From Haliotis cracherodii (taxonomy: Eukaryota), in contig NW_027266283.1 in NCBI RefSeq assembly GCF_022045235.1, positions 4,030,001 through 4,094,000 on the forward strand: a DNA stretch of 64,000 nucleotides, given 5' to 3'. This document shows, piece after piece, positions 1 to 12,200 of the stretch. Below the pieces are notes generated by a model. It was not told the origin of the DNA. It saw only the letters and a list, made by a program, of their open reading frames with translations, and ran no database searches. The translations under genes and the position numbers were made by a program. Each line of letters opens with the position of its first letter. The stretch's first letter is position 1.

Positions 1-199
1 TTTGATGGGTTGGTAGGAGTTGCCTTCTTCAATGTTCACCTGTTCGTTTTGTTTTGTGAAATATGTTGTATCAACATGTATTACTTACTCTCGTCCAGGT
101 GCCCTGTGCATAGATGAAATCAACTGATGTATACAGCCCATTATGCATTTGGGTCTTCAAGATGTGTAGATAGGGATTCCATGCTTCCCTCTGTTTCAG

Positions 200-298
200 A
201 TTGTGGAGGACGCATCTGTCAGTGGAGAGGACGTCTTCAGCCTAGCACCTGTAGTTGTAGCTGCCCGAAACTTACTTCTGGAAAAAGTTGCGGAAAAC
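200..298 (+). CDS. Exon: single EGF-like module
   Basis: tttcag|A..C|gtaag, 99 bp; DCGGRICQWRGRLQPSTCSCSCPKLTSGKSCGK. Confidence 0.85.
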
Positions 299-3200
299 GT
301 AAGATCTGTCTTGTATACACATGGAAATTAGTTACGCAACACCCGTGTATTCTGAGACTGAGCAACTTTAACGAACTAGTGCATGAAAAAGATTTCCATA
401 CCAAATAAATTATTTAGTGAAAAGAAAGGTTTGGGGAGGAACAAAGCCAAGATTACCATGAAATAATATAATGTGTTTTTTTGGAGATGTTACAGATTTG
501 GAAAATGTTTTAATTTCATCCAAAAAAGTTACGAATGTCACTTTGGTTGCACAGTCTTAACTGTCAGTACCATGCACACTTCTTGTTTACGGAATTGACG
601 AACAATGTCCTGCAAGTCCAAATTTTGACTTCCATCAGTATCTTGTGTAACCTCCCTGAACCCGAACAACTGCTTCAAGACACCACCTCATTCTTTGGGT
701 AAATCTCTGGATTTGATTCTGAGGAATTCTGCCCCATTCTGTTCCCATTTTAGACTGTTGTGTTCGACAAAGAGACCCACCTGTCCATACCCTCAGTGAA
801 GTGACTGCTGCTTTGCATGAGATGGGACAGAATTCCTCAACCCAATCCATATCCATGTATAGTATGCATCAAGATCGTCTAATCTAGCCATTCACAATCG
901 CCGAAGAGATGGCATCACAATAGATCGACAACACTGAGATATGTCACAAATATTAAGTTATCTTGGTGCCGTTGTACAAAGCGAACTTGGCCCTAAGGTG
1001 ATCAAAACTCCCATATCTTAGCATTGACTTACGCAATCGTTGGGCTTAGTTTGTTTTGTACAACGGCGCCCTGATCAATAGGCGGACTTCAGGGTAGTCT
1101 GTTGGCCAAAGCCTCGGGTATTCTTGAATTTTATCTGATATAATGTATTACTTTCTTTTCGTTTGTTGTTTAACACCGCACTCGGCGCAATATTCCAGCT
1201 ACATGACAGCGGTCTGTAAATTATCGAATCTGGACCACACAATCCATTGATTGGTATTATGAGCATCGATCCATGCAATTGTTTCGATGACATGCATCAA
1301 CCAAGTCGGCGAGCTTAACCACACCGACAAGCATAGTCGCCATCAACGACATCAACGACAACAACGCCACCTTGCCTGTTACATTAAACGTCGGTTGCTG
1401 AAGACCTCTTGTGACCCGGATCTTCACGGGTGCATTACATTTGTATTAACTGTGGAAATCCACCTCCGTCGTCTAGTCGATGGCCGTCTGTCCGTACTGC
1501 GGAAGCTCTGGGTTCGATCCTTTGTCGTATCCCACAAACCACGTTACAAGATGTTACTTGTTGTAGCCCTGCCTGGCACTCTGTATCAATGGGACAAAAT
1601 AAGAACTGGTCGGATCGGTGTCTTTTCTGTGACCGAGTCGGTTATCCATGTTAAAACCATCTATGAAACTCGTATTTTTTCCGCATTTACAAAAGTCACC
1701 CCTGCATGCACCTCGCTATTGGTGAAATAATCATGAACACAACTTTCAAACCCTTCTTCACAATGTCATACTTTCTCCAACAGTTAATTGCCCAGTGGAA
1801 GAGCCTGCACATTGTTCGAAGCCCAATTGCCGTTTTTTCCCGCTGTCTTGTCCGATATCCTGTGGCGTGTGTCCGAAATCTCCAGGTAGGTTACAACACA
1901 AACAGTATCTATCAACTCAAGTTCTGCCCCTTCGACATGCCAGAAGCGTGTGATCATGGGTTCGAATCTCGGTTCGTCCTGATTCTTTTTTATTTTATAG
2001 GCTGTCGGCACCATACCCGTGCTCGAGGGTTAATACAAAACGTCTAAGGGCTTGCATCACTTCGAACTTTCTTTCAACATCATCCTGAATAGTTAAACAA
2101 CTGAAGAGAAGTGATTTTCAGTGAAACTGTGCACATTTTGAAATGTGGTTCAAGTTAAAGCATAAATACTTATTCTTAACGAACATTTCTGGCTGTTTTC
2201 CTTTTGTACAAAATTCGGTATCGAGTTATCCCAATTGGACATGTTGCAGCTACGTCTACGGAGAAACCAACGACGACGCCAACGACGACGCCAACGACGA
2301 CGCCAACGACGACGCCAACGACGACGCCAACGACGACGCCAACGACGACGCCTACGACGACGCCTACGACCACGCCTACGACCACGCCTACGACCACGCC
2401 CGCTTGCACCCTCAAATGCCCAAACAATAGTGTGCTGGATCTAAAGGAATGCGAGTGTAATTGTAATCCAGGCTGGTACGGAAATCAGTGTGGTAAGTAT
2501 GGTTCTGGCTATGTGGACCGCCTCCGCGGTCTAGTGGTAGAGCGTAGGTCCGGGGTTCGATACCCGGCCGCGACAAAACGTTAAAAGATGGTACTTGCTG
2601 TTACCCTGTCTGGCGCTCGGCATGAAGGGGCTAAAACAAGGAATGGTCGGTATTCTGTGTCCGAGTGGTGTATTCATGTTAAATTGCGGCATGGTATCTT
2701 AGTGTGCTAGCACTATAAATCGGCATCAGTCCGGACTAGTACAAGCAGCCACACACCCCCACATACGCACGCACGCACACACCCCACACCCCACACCCAC
2801 ACAAGTGCAATAATCTTGGACGCGACGTTAAACCCAATAGACCTTACTCTGGCTATGTGGAATCTACAATCAGATTATTGACTTAATAGATGTCGTTGTC
2901 AGACCGGACGATTTGTGGTCGTAAGTGCCTGAAGTTTAAATATGGATTGAAATTGATGAAATTGTTGAAGTTAGTGATTCAGGGTCCACATTGGATAACC
3001 ACGTGCACACCTTACTATCGTAAGAGGCGACTAACGGCTTTCTAACTTGGTTCATTCATGTCATCGTATCCCAATTGCGTGGAACGATGCTCATGATATC
3101 AATCACTGGACACGATTACTTACAGACCGCCGTCACACAGCTCGAATATTGCGGCGTTAAACATACAATCAAAGCCATACTGACGTTTCGTATTTCATTC

Positions 3201-6200
3201 AGATTGCAACCTCAAGTGTGCAAACGGAGGCATCCTGGACAAGCTAAGGTGTGAGTGTAAATGTGTTGAGGGCTACCGGGGATCGGACTGCAGCAAACCT
3301 CCGTGTAACCCCAAGGACTGCGTCAATGGGAGCCTGGACAAGACAACGTGCGCCTGCAAGTGCCTACCAAACTGGCATGGCCCTAAGTGCGGTATGTGGT
3401 ATAACTTTAATCCAACCTTAACCAAACAGTCTGGTATGTTTCGACGGTCGTAGATGGTATTTGGAAGACAATGAACAGGGGGAAGAGGGCGAGGTTCAAG
3501 TGGGTCGTGAGGTCGGGAGACTGGTTTGGGAGACTGGATTTGTGAGACTGGAGTGTGGATACGCCGTCAACAATTAACCCTGTGCATACTTAATTTCAGA
3601 CTGTGATCTTGCTTGTAAGAATGGAGGTACCTTGGACGGGGCAAGATGTCAGTGTATGTGCAGCGGTGGCCACAGAGGTCAGGATTGCAGCAAGCCTCCA
3701 TGCAAGACCTCCTGCATCAGTGGGAAGGTCAACCAGGAGACCTGTGCTTGCGAGTGTGAAAAAGGCTGGAGTGGCCCTTCCTGTGGTAAGATATAGGCAA
3801 ATAGATGGGGTGGCCTTGTACTGAATCTGTTGGCCCGTCACTTCGAAGACCCGTTTTGCTTTCACCCACATTTCCCACGATATGTGGAGCCCATTTGTGA
3901 CACCTGGTTTTAACTGTTGTCAATTACAGAATACGATTCGATGACCTAGATTCCTTGAACCCATTTGGCTAAAACTGACATATTTTTTAACAACCACATA
4001 CTTTCATCGAAAATGAATGCCTAATCCAAATCGAGAGACCATTCGCCCCATCCATGGGCACGGAGAAACATCTGATGGGTTCGAATCCCTGTGCGCCCTG
4101 ATTGTTTTATATGCATTATATCCGTGAACGGCTTTCCCTAAGAGCTACTACATTTGGGACTTTCCTCTCATCGAACTGGGGGCGATCGGGTAGCCTAGTG
4201 ATTAAAGCGTTCGCTCGTCATGCCGAAGACCTGGGTTCGATTCCCTACAAGGGTACAATGTGTGAAGCCCATTTGTGGTGTCCCCCCGCCATGATATTGC
4301 TGGAATATTGCTGGAATATTGCTAAAAGCTGCGTGAGGCCATAATCACTCACTCACATAAGTTAACACGCGATAACTGCTGTTCCAGACTGCAGCCTAAA
4401 ATGCGCCAACGGTGGCACGGTGGACGGGGCGCAGTGTGACTGCACCTGTGTCGGGGGCTTCAGGGGGCTGGATTGCAGTAAGCCACCTTGCCAGACCAAG
4501 TGTATCAATGGCAAGGTCAACCAGGACAACTGTGCTTGCGTGTGCACAGAAGGCTGGAGTGGTTCTTCTTGCGGTGAGTTTGCCAGTTGTATTGCCAGTT
4601 GTATTGCCAGTTGTATTGCCAGTTGTGTTCATTGGGAACTGGCATCACGCTAGGCACAAATATTTTGAATGCTATAGTATTGGCTGTAGAACGAAACGAT
4701 TTAGTCATTTTAGTAAACTTTAGAATGTTTGAATGTACAAAATCCTTTTGCCAGGTTAATATGTCTATGTGAATGCATTCGACACCTAAGAGATGTTACA
4801 ATACTGCAAACGAATCTTGGCTTTTCATGTTTGCTTCCCAATGCTGAAGTCATCCCAATTACTGTAGCGTTACCGCAGGAGAGAAAATGAACATCTCTCC
4901 CGTGAAGATCGGTTAGAATTGATCTTCAGTAACCCATTCTTGTCCCAAGAGGCACTGACAGGAAATATGCGGTCGGGTAGCCTTGTGGTGAAAGTGTTCG
5001 CTCGTCACACCGCAGATCCGGGTTCGACTCCCCTCAAGGGTACAATGTCTGAAGCTTATTTCTGGTGTCCCCCGCCGTGATATTGCTGTAATATTGCTAA
5101 AAGCGGCGTAAAACCACACTCACTCATGGTATCCAACTTGCGCCAGTCGATACTTGTGATGTAAACCATTGAATTGTCTTGTTCCGCATTCCGCCATCAT
5201 ATAGCAGGAAGGCAGTGTTAAACATCCGTGCGGCTTCTGGGTCAGAATAGTTTCTCGAATAGGCACGGTAGTAAGGCAGCATTCTGCTGATTGTGTCACT
5301 GCATCCATCATCACAATGACGTGTTCAAGCACTGATAGAATGGAGGGTAAGATTTCTTTGAGCAGATTACTAATGTTGATGGACCCGACTTTTCAGAATG
5401 CAGTCTCCAATGCAAGAATGGAGGCAAACTGGATGGAGATGCATGTCAATGCTCATGCGTGGACGGTTACAAAGGTTCCGATTGCAGCAAGCCTCCGTGC
5501 AAGACGGCATGTGTCAACGGGAAGGTCAACCAGGAGACCTGTGCCTGCGAGTGTACTGCTGGGTGGAGTGGTCCCAAGTGTGGTACGTACCAATAGCTAG
5601 AGCGGTTATGTGACAGATCTTTCGAAACGTATACTAGAAACCCCATTCTCGGGTTATTGAAGATAAAACAATCATTTACAGTAGACTGCGGTTATAACGA
5701 ACTCAAAGGGACCACTATTTTTAGTTCGTAATAACCTTAGTTCGTTATAAGCATATATACAGCATGTATACAACAAATGGCCGGGACTTTAACATAAGTA
5801 CGTAATATCGGTCAGTACCTTATAAGCGTGTTCGTTATAAACGTAGTTTACTGTATACATGTGACATATAATGAACGTGTGGATGTAATACAACGTGAGT
5901 TGTTGCGATAGCATTAATCCTGTTTAACGCCGCACACAGCAATATTCCAGCTTGATAGCGGTGGTCTGAAAATAATAGTCTGGACGAGACAATGTAGTGA
6001 TTGACATGAGCATCGATCCACGCAATTGGGATACGATGATATTCATCAACCAAGTCAGCGACCCTGACCATCCGATCCCGTTAGTCTCCTCTTACAATCA
6101 TTGTTTGCTTAAGACATATTCTACCCGGAATCTTCACGGGTGGGAGAGTCTAAAGCGCATTAGGTAATCCTCTACTTGACTCTTGAACACTTTTGGCAGA

Positions 6201-9200
6201 TTGCAGCCTGAAGTGTGCCAATGGAGGAAGTTTGCAGAAAGACACGTGTCGGTGTACATGCATTGGGGGCTATCGTGGTACAGACTGCAAGACGTCACCG
6301 TGTACCACTGTATGTGTTAATGGCAAGGTGAACCAGACGAACTGCTCCTGTGAATGTACCGAGGGCTGGACTGGTCCCAAGTGCGGTGAGTACAGAATCT
6401 GTCACTATCAGGGGCCCTCATTTTATGTATGTGAGCATGCGCATGGTTCCATGAGGGCTGACGTAGATAGTGATATGATTGTGTAAGTTAGATGGTTGCG
6501 GATGCATGTTTTAAGGTGTGATTATAGATACACGGGAGGACTTGGGGTTGGGGGACCGGGTGTGCCAATACTGATGTCATATTTTTAAAACTCAGTGTTT
6601 CCTTTTAATTTAATATTTTACGCATTTTAATTTAGTGTCATAGATCATACTGGACGGACTTAGCACACGAACTACGTAGCAATTTGTATGCTGTACAATG
6701 CGTGACACTAATAGAAAATTCTTCAATTGAGATTCGTTAACATGAAACAATTAATGTGACTATGCGTGCCTTCTGTAAATGATATCACATTTAGAAGTGA
6801 TACATAAAACAAATTGTTAGCTTAAGTCACCTGAAGGAACTCCGAAAAGGTATGTTCCTCGCAATAAAGAAGTTGACATCGATACCCGATGATAGTGGTA
6901 GGGCGTCCACCCGGAGAGCGAAAGGTCCGGGGTTCGATCCCCGTCATACCAAAAGACGTTTAAACATGGTACTCGTTTTTACCCTGTTTGGCGCTCGGCA
7001 TTTATGGGCTAAAACAAAGACTCGTCGGCATGGAGTCAATATACTGTGTCTAAGTGGGTATTCATGTTAAACTGCGGCATGGTATCTCAGTGGGCTTGCA
7101 CTATAAATCGGCATCAGTCGGGACTAGTACAAGCTGCTACACACACGTGTGCATGCTACAGAAGTGCAATAATCTTTGAACGCGACGTTAACCCCTATTT
7201 CACCTCACTTCGCCTGATACTGCGAGAATATGGCTCCAACTCACTCGCTCTGCTGTATTTTAGATTGTAATCTGGAATGTCAGAATGGCGGCACGTTGGA
7301 TCAAGCCAAGTGTCGGTGCGCGTGTGCCGGTGGGTACCGCGGCGCTGTCTGTAGCCTGCCGCCTTGTACGACCCCGTGTATCAACGGCAAGGTGAACCAG
7401 GAGAACTGTGCTTGTGAATGCAGCGAGGGATGGAGTGGACCCAAGTGTGGTACGTACATTGTAATTCGATTTTGTCCTTGAAGGTTTATCTACCTTTGTT
7501 TGTTAATAACAAATGTTTCAAAAATCAACTCTGAACATCTTCAAATTTTACAGGACTCTTTAAATTTTAACTCACTCATCATTCAACATTAAAGTTGCAT
7601 CGGCATTATTTCATCCATATAGCGACGTTGAATTGTGATAAACTAGTCAGTTGTGCCGACTCAAGTCTCTTCTTTAGTTTAGACAGAAATATCTGTAATT
7701 TCGTTACTTGATTCGATTTTTGAAAATCATCTCTATAATACAATATAACAAGAGTATTAAATACTGCTCGATTTAAGTCGATGTAAGCTTATAATGTATT
7801 ATCCTTCAACCCTCACCCGTTATTCTCAATAATACAAAGACAAATATATAATTTCATACCCTTATCAACGTATAGGTTTGAACAGGTCTGGATGAGTATT
7901 TATGCAGTATAAAATTCCAAATATCGATACTGGCTCGCTTGAATTGATATTCCACAAGGAGATTCAGATTTAAAGGGGCCTTCTTTACCACTCGTCATTG
8001 ACACCGTCTCGTTTTCATTTTAAAAATTGCTAAATGCTCTACAACATTTAATGTTATCTGTAGGTCATTTGAGAAAAGTGAAGGATTTTTTTGTACACGT
8101 TTTCAGATTGTAAGCTAAAGTGCTTGAACGGAGGATCGTTGCAGACGTTAACCTGTGAATGCAAATGTGTTGGTGGCTATAGGGGAGCCGACTGTGGTTT
8201 ACCACCATGCAAGCCAGGCTGTGTCAATGGCAAGGTCAACCAGACGGATTGTGCTTGCAAGTGTTCGGAGGGCTGGACAGGGTCCAAATGCGGTGAGTCA
8301 TTTTTCCAACATGGACATAACACATCAACGCCAGTCTCGATTATCTGGCGAAAGAGGACCGGCTCCTTGGTCTTTGGTAGAGCGTCCGCCCGGAGAGCGG
8401 AAGGTCCGAGGTCTCATCCCCGACCGCGTGATAACAAAAGACGTTAAAAGATGGTACTTGTTGTTACCCTGTCTGGCGCTCGGCATTAAGGGGCTAAAAC
8501 AAGGACTGGTCGGCTCGGAGTCGGTATACTGTGTCTGAGTGGGGTATTCATGTTAAACTGCGTCATGGTATCTCAGTGAGCTAGCACTATAAATCGGCAT
8601 CAGTCCGGTCTAACACAAGCAGCCACACACACACACACGTACATGCACGTCGCTATATAAGTGCAATAATCTTTGACGTGACGTTAAACCCCATTTCACC
8701 TCACCTCACCTCACATCACGAAAGAGATTCCATTGTCTGTGATGATTATGTGAATGGATCAATGGAATGGATGTGAATGGAACGGATGTGAAGGGAACAC
8801 CGAGTGTTCGTGAAATGTATAAACATGACCTGCTCCACATGGTTTGTTATTTAATGCCGCACTCCGCAATGTTCCAGCTATATGACGGCGGTCTGTAAAT
8901 AATCGAGTCTGGACCAGACAATCCTGTGATTGATATCATGAGCATCGATCTATGCAACTGAATTTTGTGATTACAAAGTGTTATTCTTGAGTGATCGGTA
9001 AATGTTCACTTTTTGGATGGTAATGTATGTTGTGCTACTTACTTCAACTGGACCATTTAGTGAACAAAAACAGTTTTGGGGATGTTCTGTAGTGGATACT
9101 GAGCAGACAATTTCGCAAAATAAATCCTTAAATAATCCCGAACCTTTTTTAGATCAGTATATTTCATCAGTTTTACAATATCCCTTAACGCTGCACGTAA

Positions 9201-12200
9201 TTATCAAACTTTAAATAGGATTGGGCGTCACAAGTACTGAACACGTGATCGTTGGTTCGAATCCTAGAGTCACCAGATAATGTTTCCTGGTTTGGACACA
9301 TCGTGATGTAGCCGAAACAAAAAAGTATTTAAATCTGCGTTAAAACAAATAAGGTGTTGGTTATTGTTTGCTTACGCCTTCATATCAGTCGGATATGTGT
9401 AACTTGTGTACCACCAGGAGAACCTGACATTTCGGTAGAATATAGGTCTTCAGCAACCCATGCTTGTCCTAACAAGCGACTATGCTTCTCGGAAGAGGCG
9501 ACTTACGGGATCAGGTGGTAAGACTCGCTGACTTGGTTGAAGCATGTCATCGATCCCAATTGCGTGGATTGATGCTCATGATGTCAATCACTGGGTTGTC
9601 TGGCCCAGACTCGATTATTTACAGACCACCGTCAACTAGGTGGAATATTGATGAGAACGGCGAAATACAACCAACCAACCAATCAATCCTTTGTTTCAGA
9701 CTGCAGTCTTAAATGCGCCAATGGAGGAGCCTTGGACAAGGAGAAGTGTGAATGTGCCTGTGCTGGTGGTTACCGAGGTGCCGACTGTACACTTCCCCCG
9801 TGTAAGACGGTCTGTGTTAACGGGACAGTCAACCAGAAGAACTGTGCCTGCGAGTGTACTGAAGGATGGACTGGTGCCAAGTGTGGCAAGTCTTTCTTAT
9901 TCCATTAAAATTACTTTTCAAAGTACGCATAGAAAACACATGATCTGCGTTTGCTCGAACTGAATATGTATGACTATGGTGGACTCCGTTTTGGCATTCG
10001 TAACATGTCAGTATTAGCTAACAGCTACATTTTGTCTAAGCCTATATTCCACAAAATTGCCAAGTGGTCACGTGTCACACTTTTTGCAGAGTTGTCTACC
10101 CTTTCAGCCTGATTGTGAATCTTTACTTTTCAACTCTGGATATTCCCAGTCTTTCGTTCCACCTTTAGCCAAAAACACCTTGTCATATAACTGAAATACT
10201 GTTAAGCACAACTAACACCCAACCCACGTGCATTTTATAAACAAGAATCGGCGATGGTTGTCCTTGGTTTACAATGGTGGAATTCAGTGGATAATACTTG
10301 GCTCATAGGCAACATCTGTTTTACCTGGTTGAATGTTGCCTTCTAAAGTCTTATGTTGGAATGGCGTGATTTTTTTGTGATACTTGCCAAACATATTCAG
10401 ATTCAATACGCTAATGGAGGTACCTTAGACCAGGAGAAATCAGCGTTGCATGTAATGCTCAGTGAAATCTGTTTCGGCAGATAATAATCATTTTCTTGCG
10501 TTAACATTGTGTATTTAATTGATATTACAGACTGTCAACTAACATGCAAAAATAACGGGACGCTGGACAGCGACAAGTGCGAATGCACGTGTACTGGTGG
10601 CTACCGAGGAGCCGACTGTAGTCTCCCCCCATGTAAGACAGTCTGTGTCAATGGAAAGGTCAACCAGAAGAATTGTGCCTGCGAGTGTACCGAAGGCTGG
10701 AGTGGTGCCAAGTGTGGTGAGTTATAACATAACAGATCCTTCATCCTGTATCAGTGGCAGTGGGGTAGCCTAGTAGTTAAAGTGTTTGCTCGTGATCATG
10801 ACGAGGATCCGGGTTCGATTCCCCACATGGGTACAATGTGTGAAGCCCATTTCTGGTGTCCCCCCGCCGTGATATTGCTGGAATATTGCTAAAAGCGGCG
10901 TAAAACCATACTCACTCATCCTGTTTCCAGACAATCTATTGTACTTGTCGGCATGTCATTGGTGTCTCCCGTAGTCTTATGTGAACATGCGTTTTTCAAA
11001 CGGAACATCTTTAAATCTCAAGTAATAAGCAAGAGCAAATAATTATATTGTGCATATGTGTCATTACGATGTTTTTTAGATTGCGGTCGCAAGTGCGGCA
11101 ATAATGGCACCTTGAATGCGGACAAATGTGAATGTACGTGTGTTGGTGGTCACCGCGGTGTCAACTGTACCAAGCCTCCATGTACGACGGCATGTGTCAA
11201 TGGCAAGGTCAACCAGAAGAACTGTGACTGCGAGTGTACAGCCGGGTGGAGTGGTCCCAAGTGCGGTAGGTTTCTTGTGGTTTCAACAGAACCACAAATA
11301 TATACTTGCATATCGTTCGTTAATGTATGTTACGTGCAGGTAATAACTTACATTCTGATAAACAACGCATTTTGACAGTTTTGTTATTTGAGCATATTTT
11401 AATGGTATGTCTGCACCACGCTTGTGATTGTTTCACGAAAATTGTAAAGTAGTACTCCCTCAGTATTTAGTACTTGGCCTTGGTCTGTCGTATGGGGGCT
11501 GTGGGGTAGTGTAGTGATTATAACGCTCCCTCGTCAGGCCGAAGCCCATTTCCTCAATACCACCCACTTCCATCCCTACAATGATATTGCTTGAATATTG
11601 CTAAAAGAGGCGTAAAACTGTACTCCCTTACTCTTGATATCAGGGCGGTCGGATGGCCTAATGGTTAAAGCGTTCGCTCGTCACGCCGACCCGGGTTCGA
11701 TTCCAGACATGGGTACAATGTCTGAAGCTCATTTGTGGTGTCCTCCGCCGTGATATTGCTGGAATATTTCTTAAAAATCGGCGTAATACTATACTCCCTC
11801 ACTATTGTCCTCGCTATAAACAGACACTAGTTCCTGTTTCCGAATCAGATTGCAGCCTTACCTGTGCCAATGGAGGAACCTTGGATAAAATCAACTGTCG
11901 GTGCGCTTGTGCCGGTGGCTACCGTGGTTCCGATTGTTCCAAGCCTCCGTGCAAAACCGAGTGTGTCAATGGGAAAATCAATCAGGAGAATTGTGCCTGC
12001 GAGTGTACCAAAGGATGGAATGGCCCCAAGTGCGGTGAGTTGAATCAGTTTATGAGAGACCCGTGAAGGTGTTCTTGATCAGCAACCCATGCTTGTGGCA
12101 AGAAGCGACTAACGGGATTGGGTGGTCAGACTCGCTGACTTGGTTGATGCATGTCGTCGCATCCCATTTGCGTGGATCGATGCTCATTATGTCAATCACT

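Noticed and set aside
99-127. Possible exon after tcgtccag (ALCIDEIN*)
   Set aside because: All three frames hit a stop within 30 nt and no donor precedes the stop; cannot be supported.
2176-2444. (RRRQ)n, (DDAN)n and (VVVG)n ORFs
   Set aside because: Alternative frames of the PTTT repeat; only the PTTT frame fits the splice phase and continues into an EGF module.
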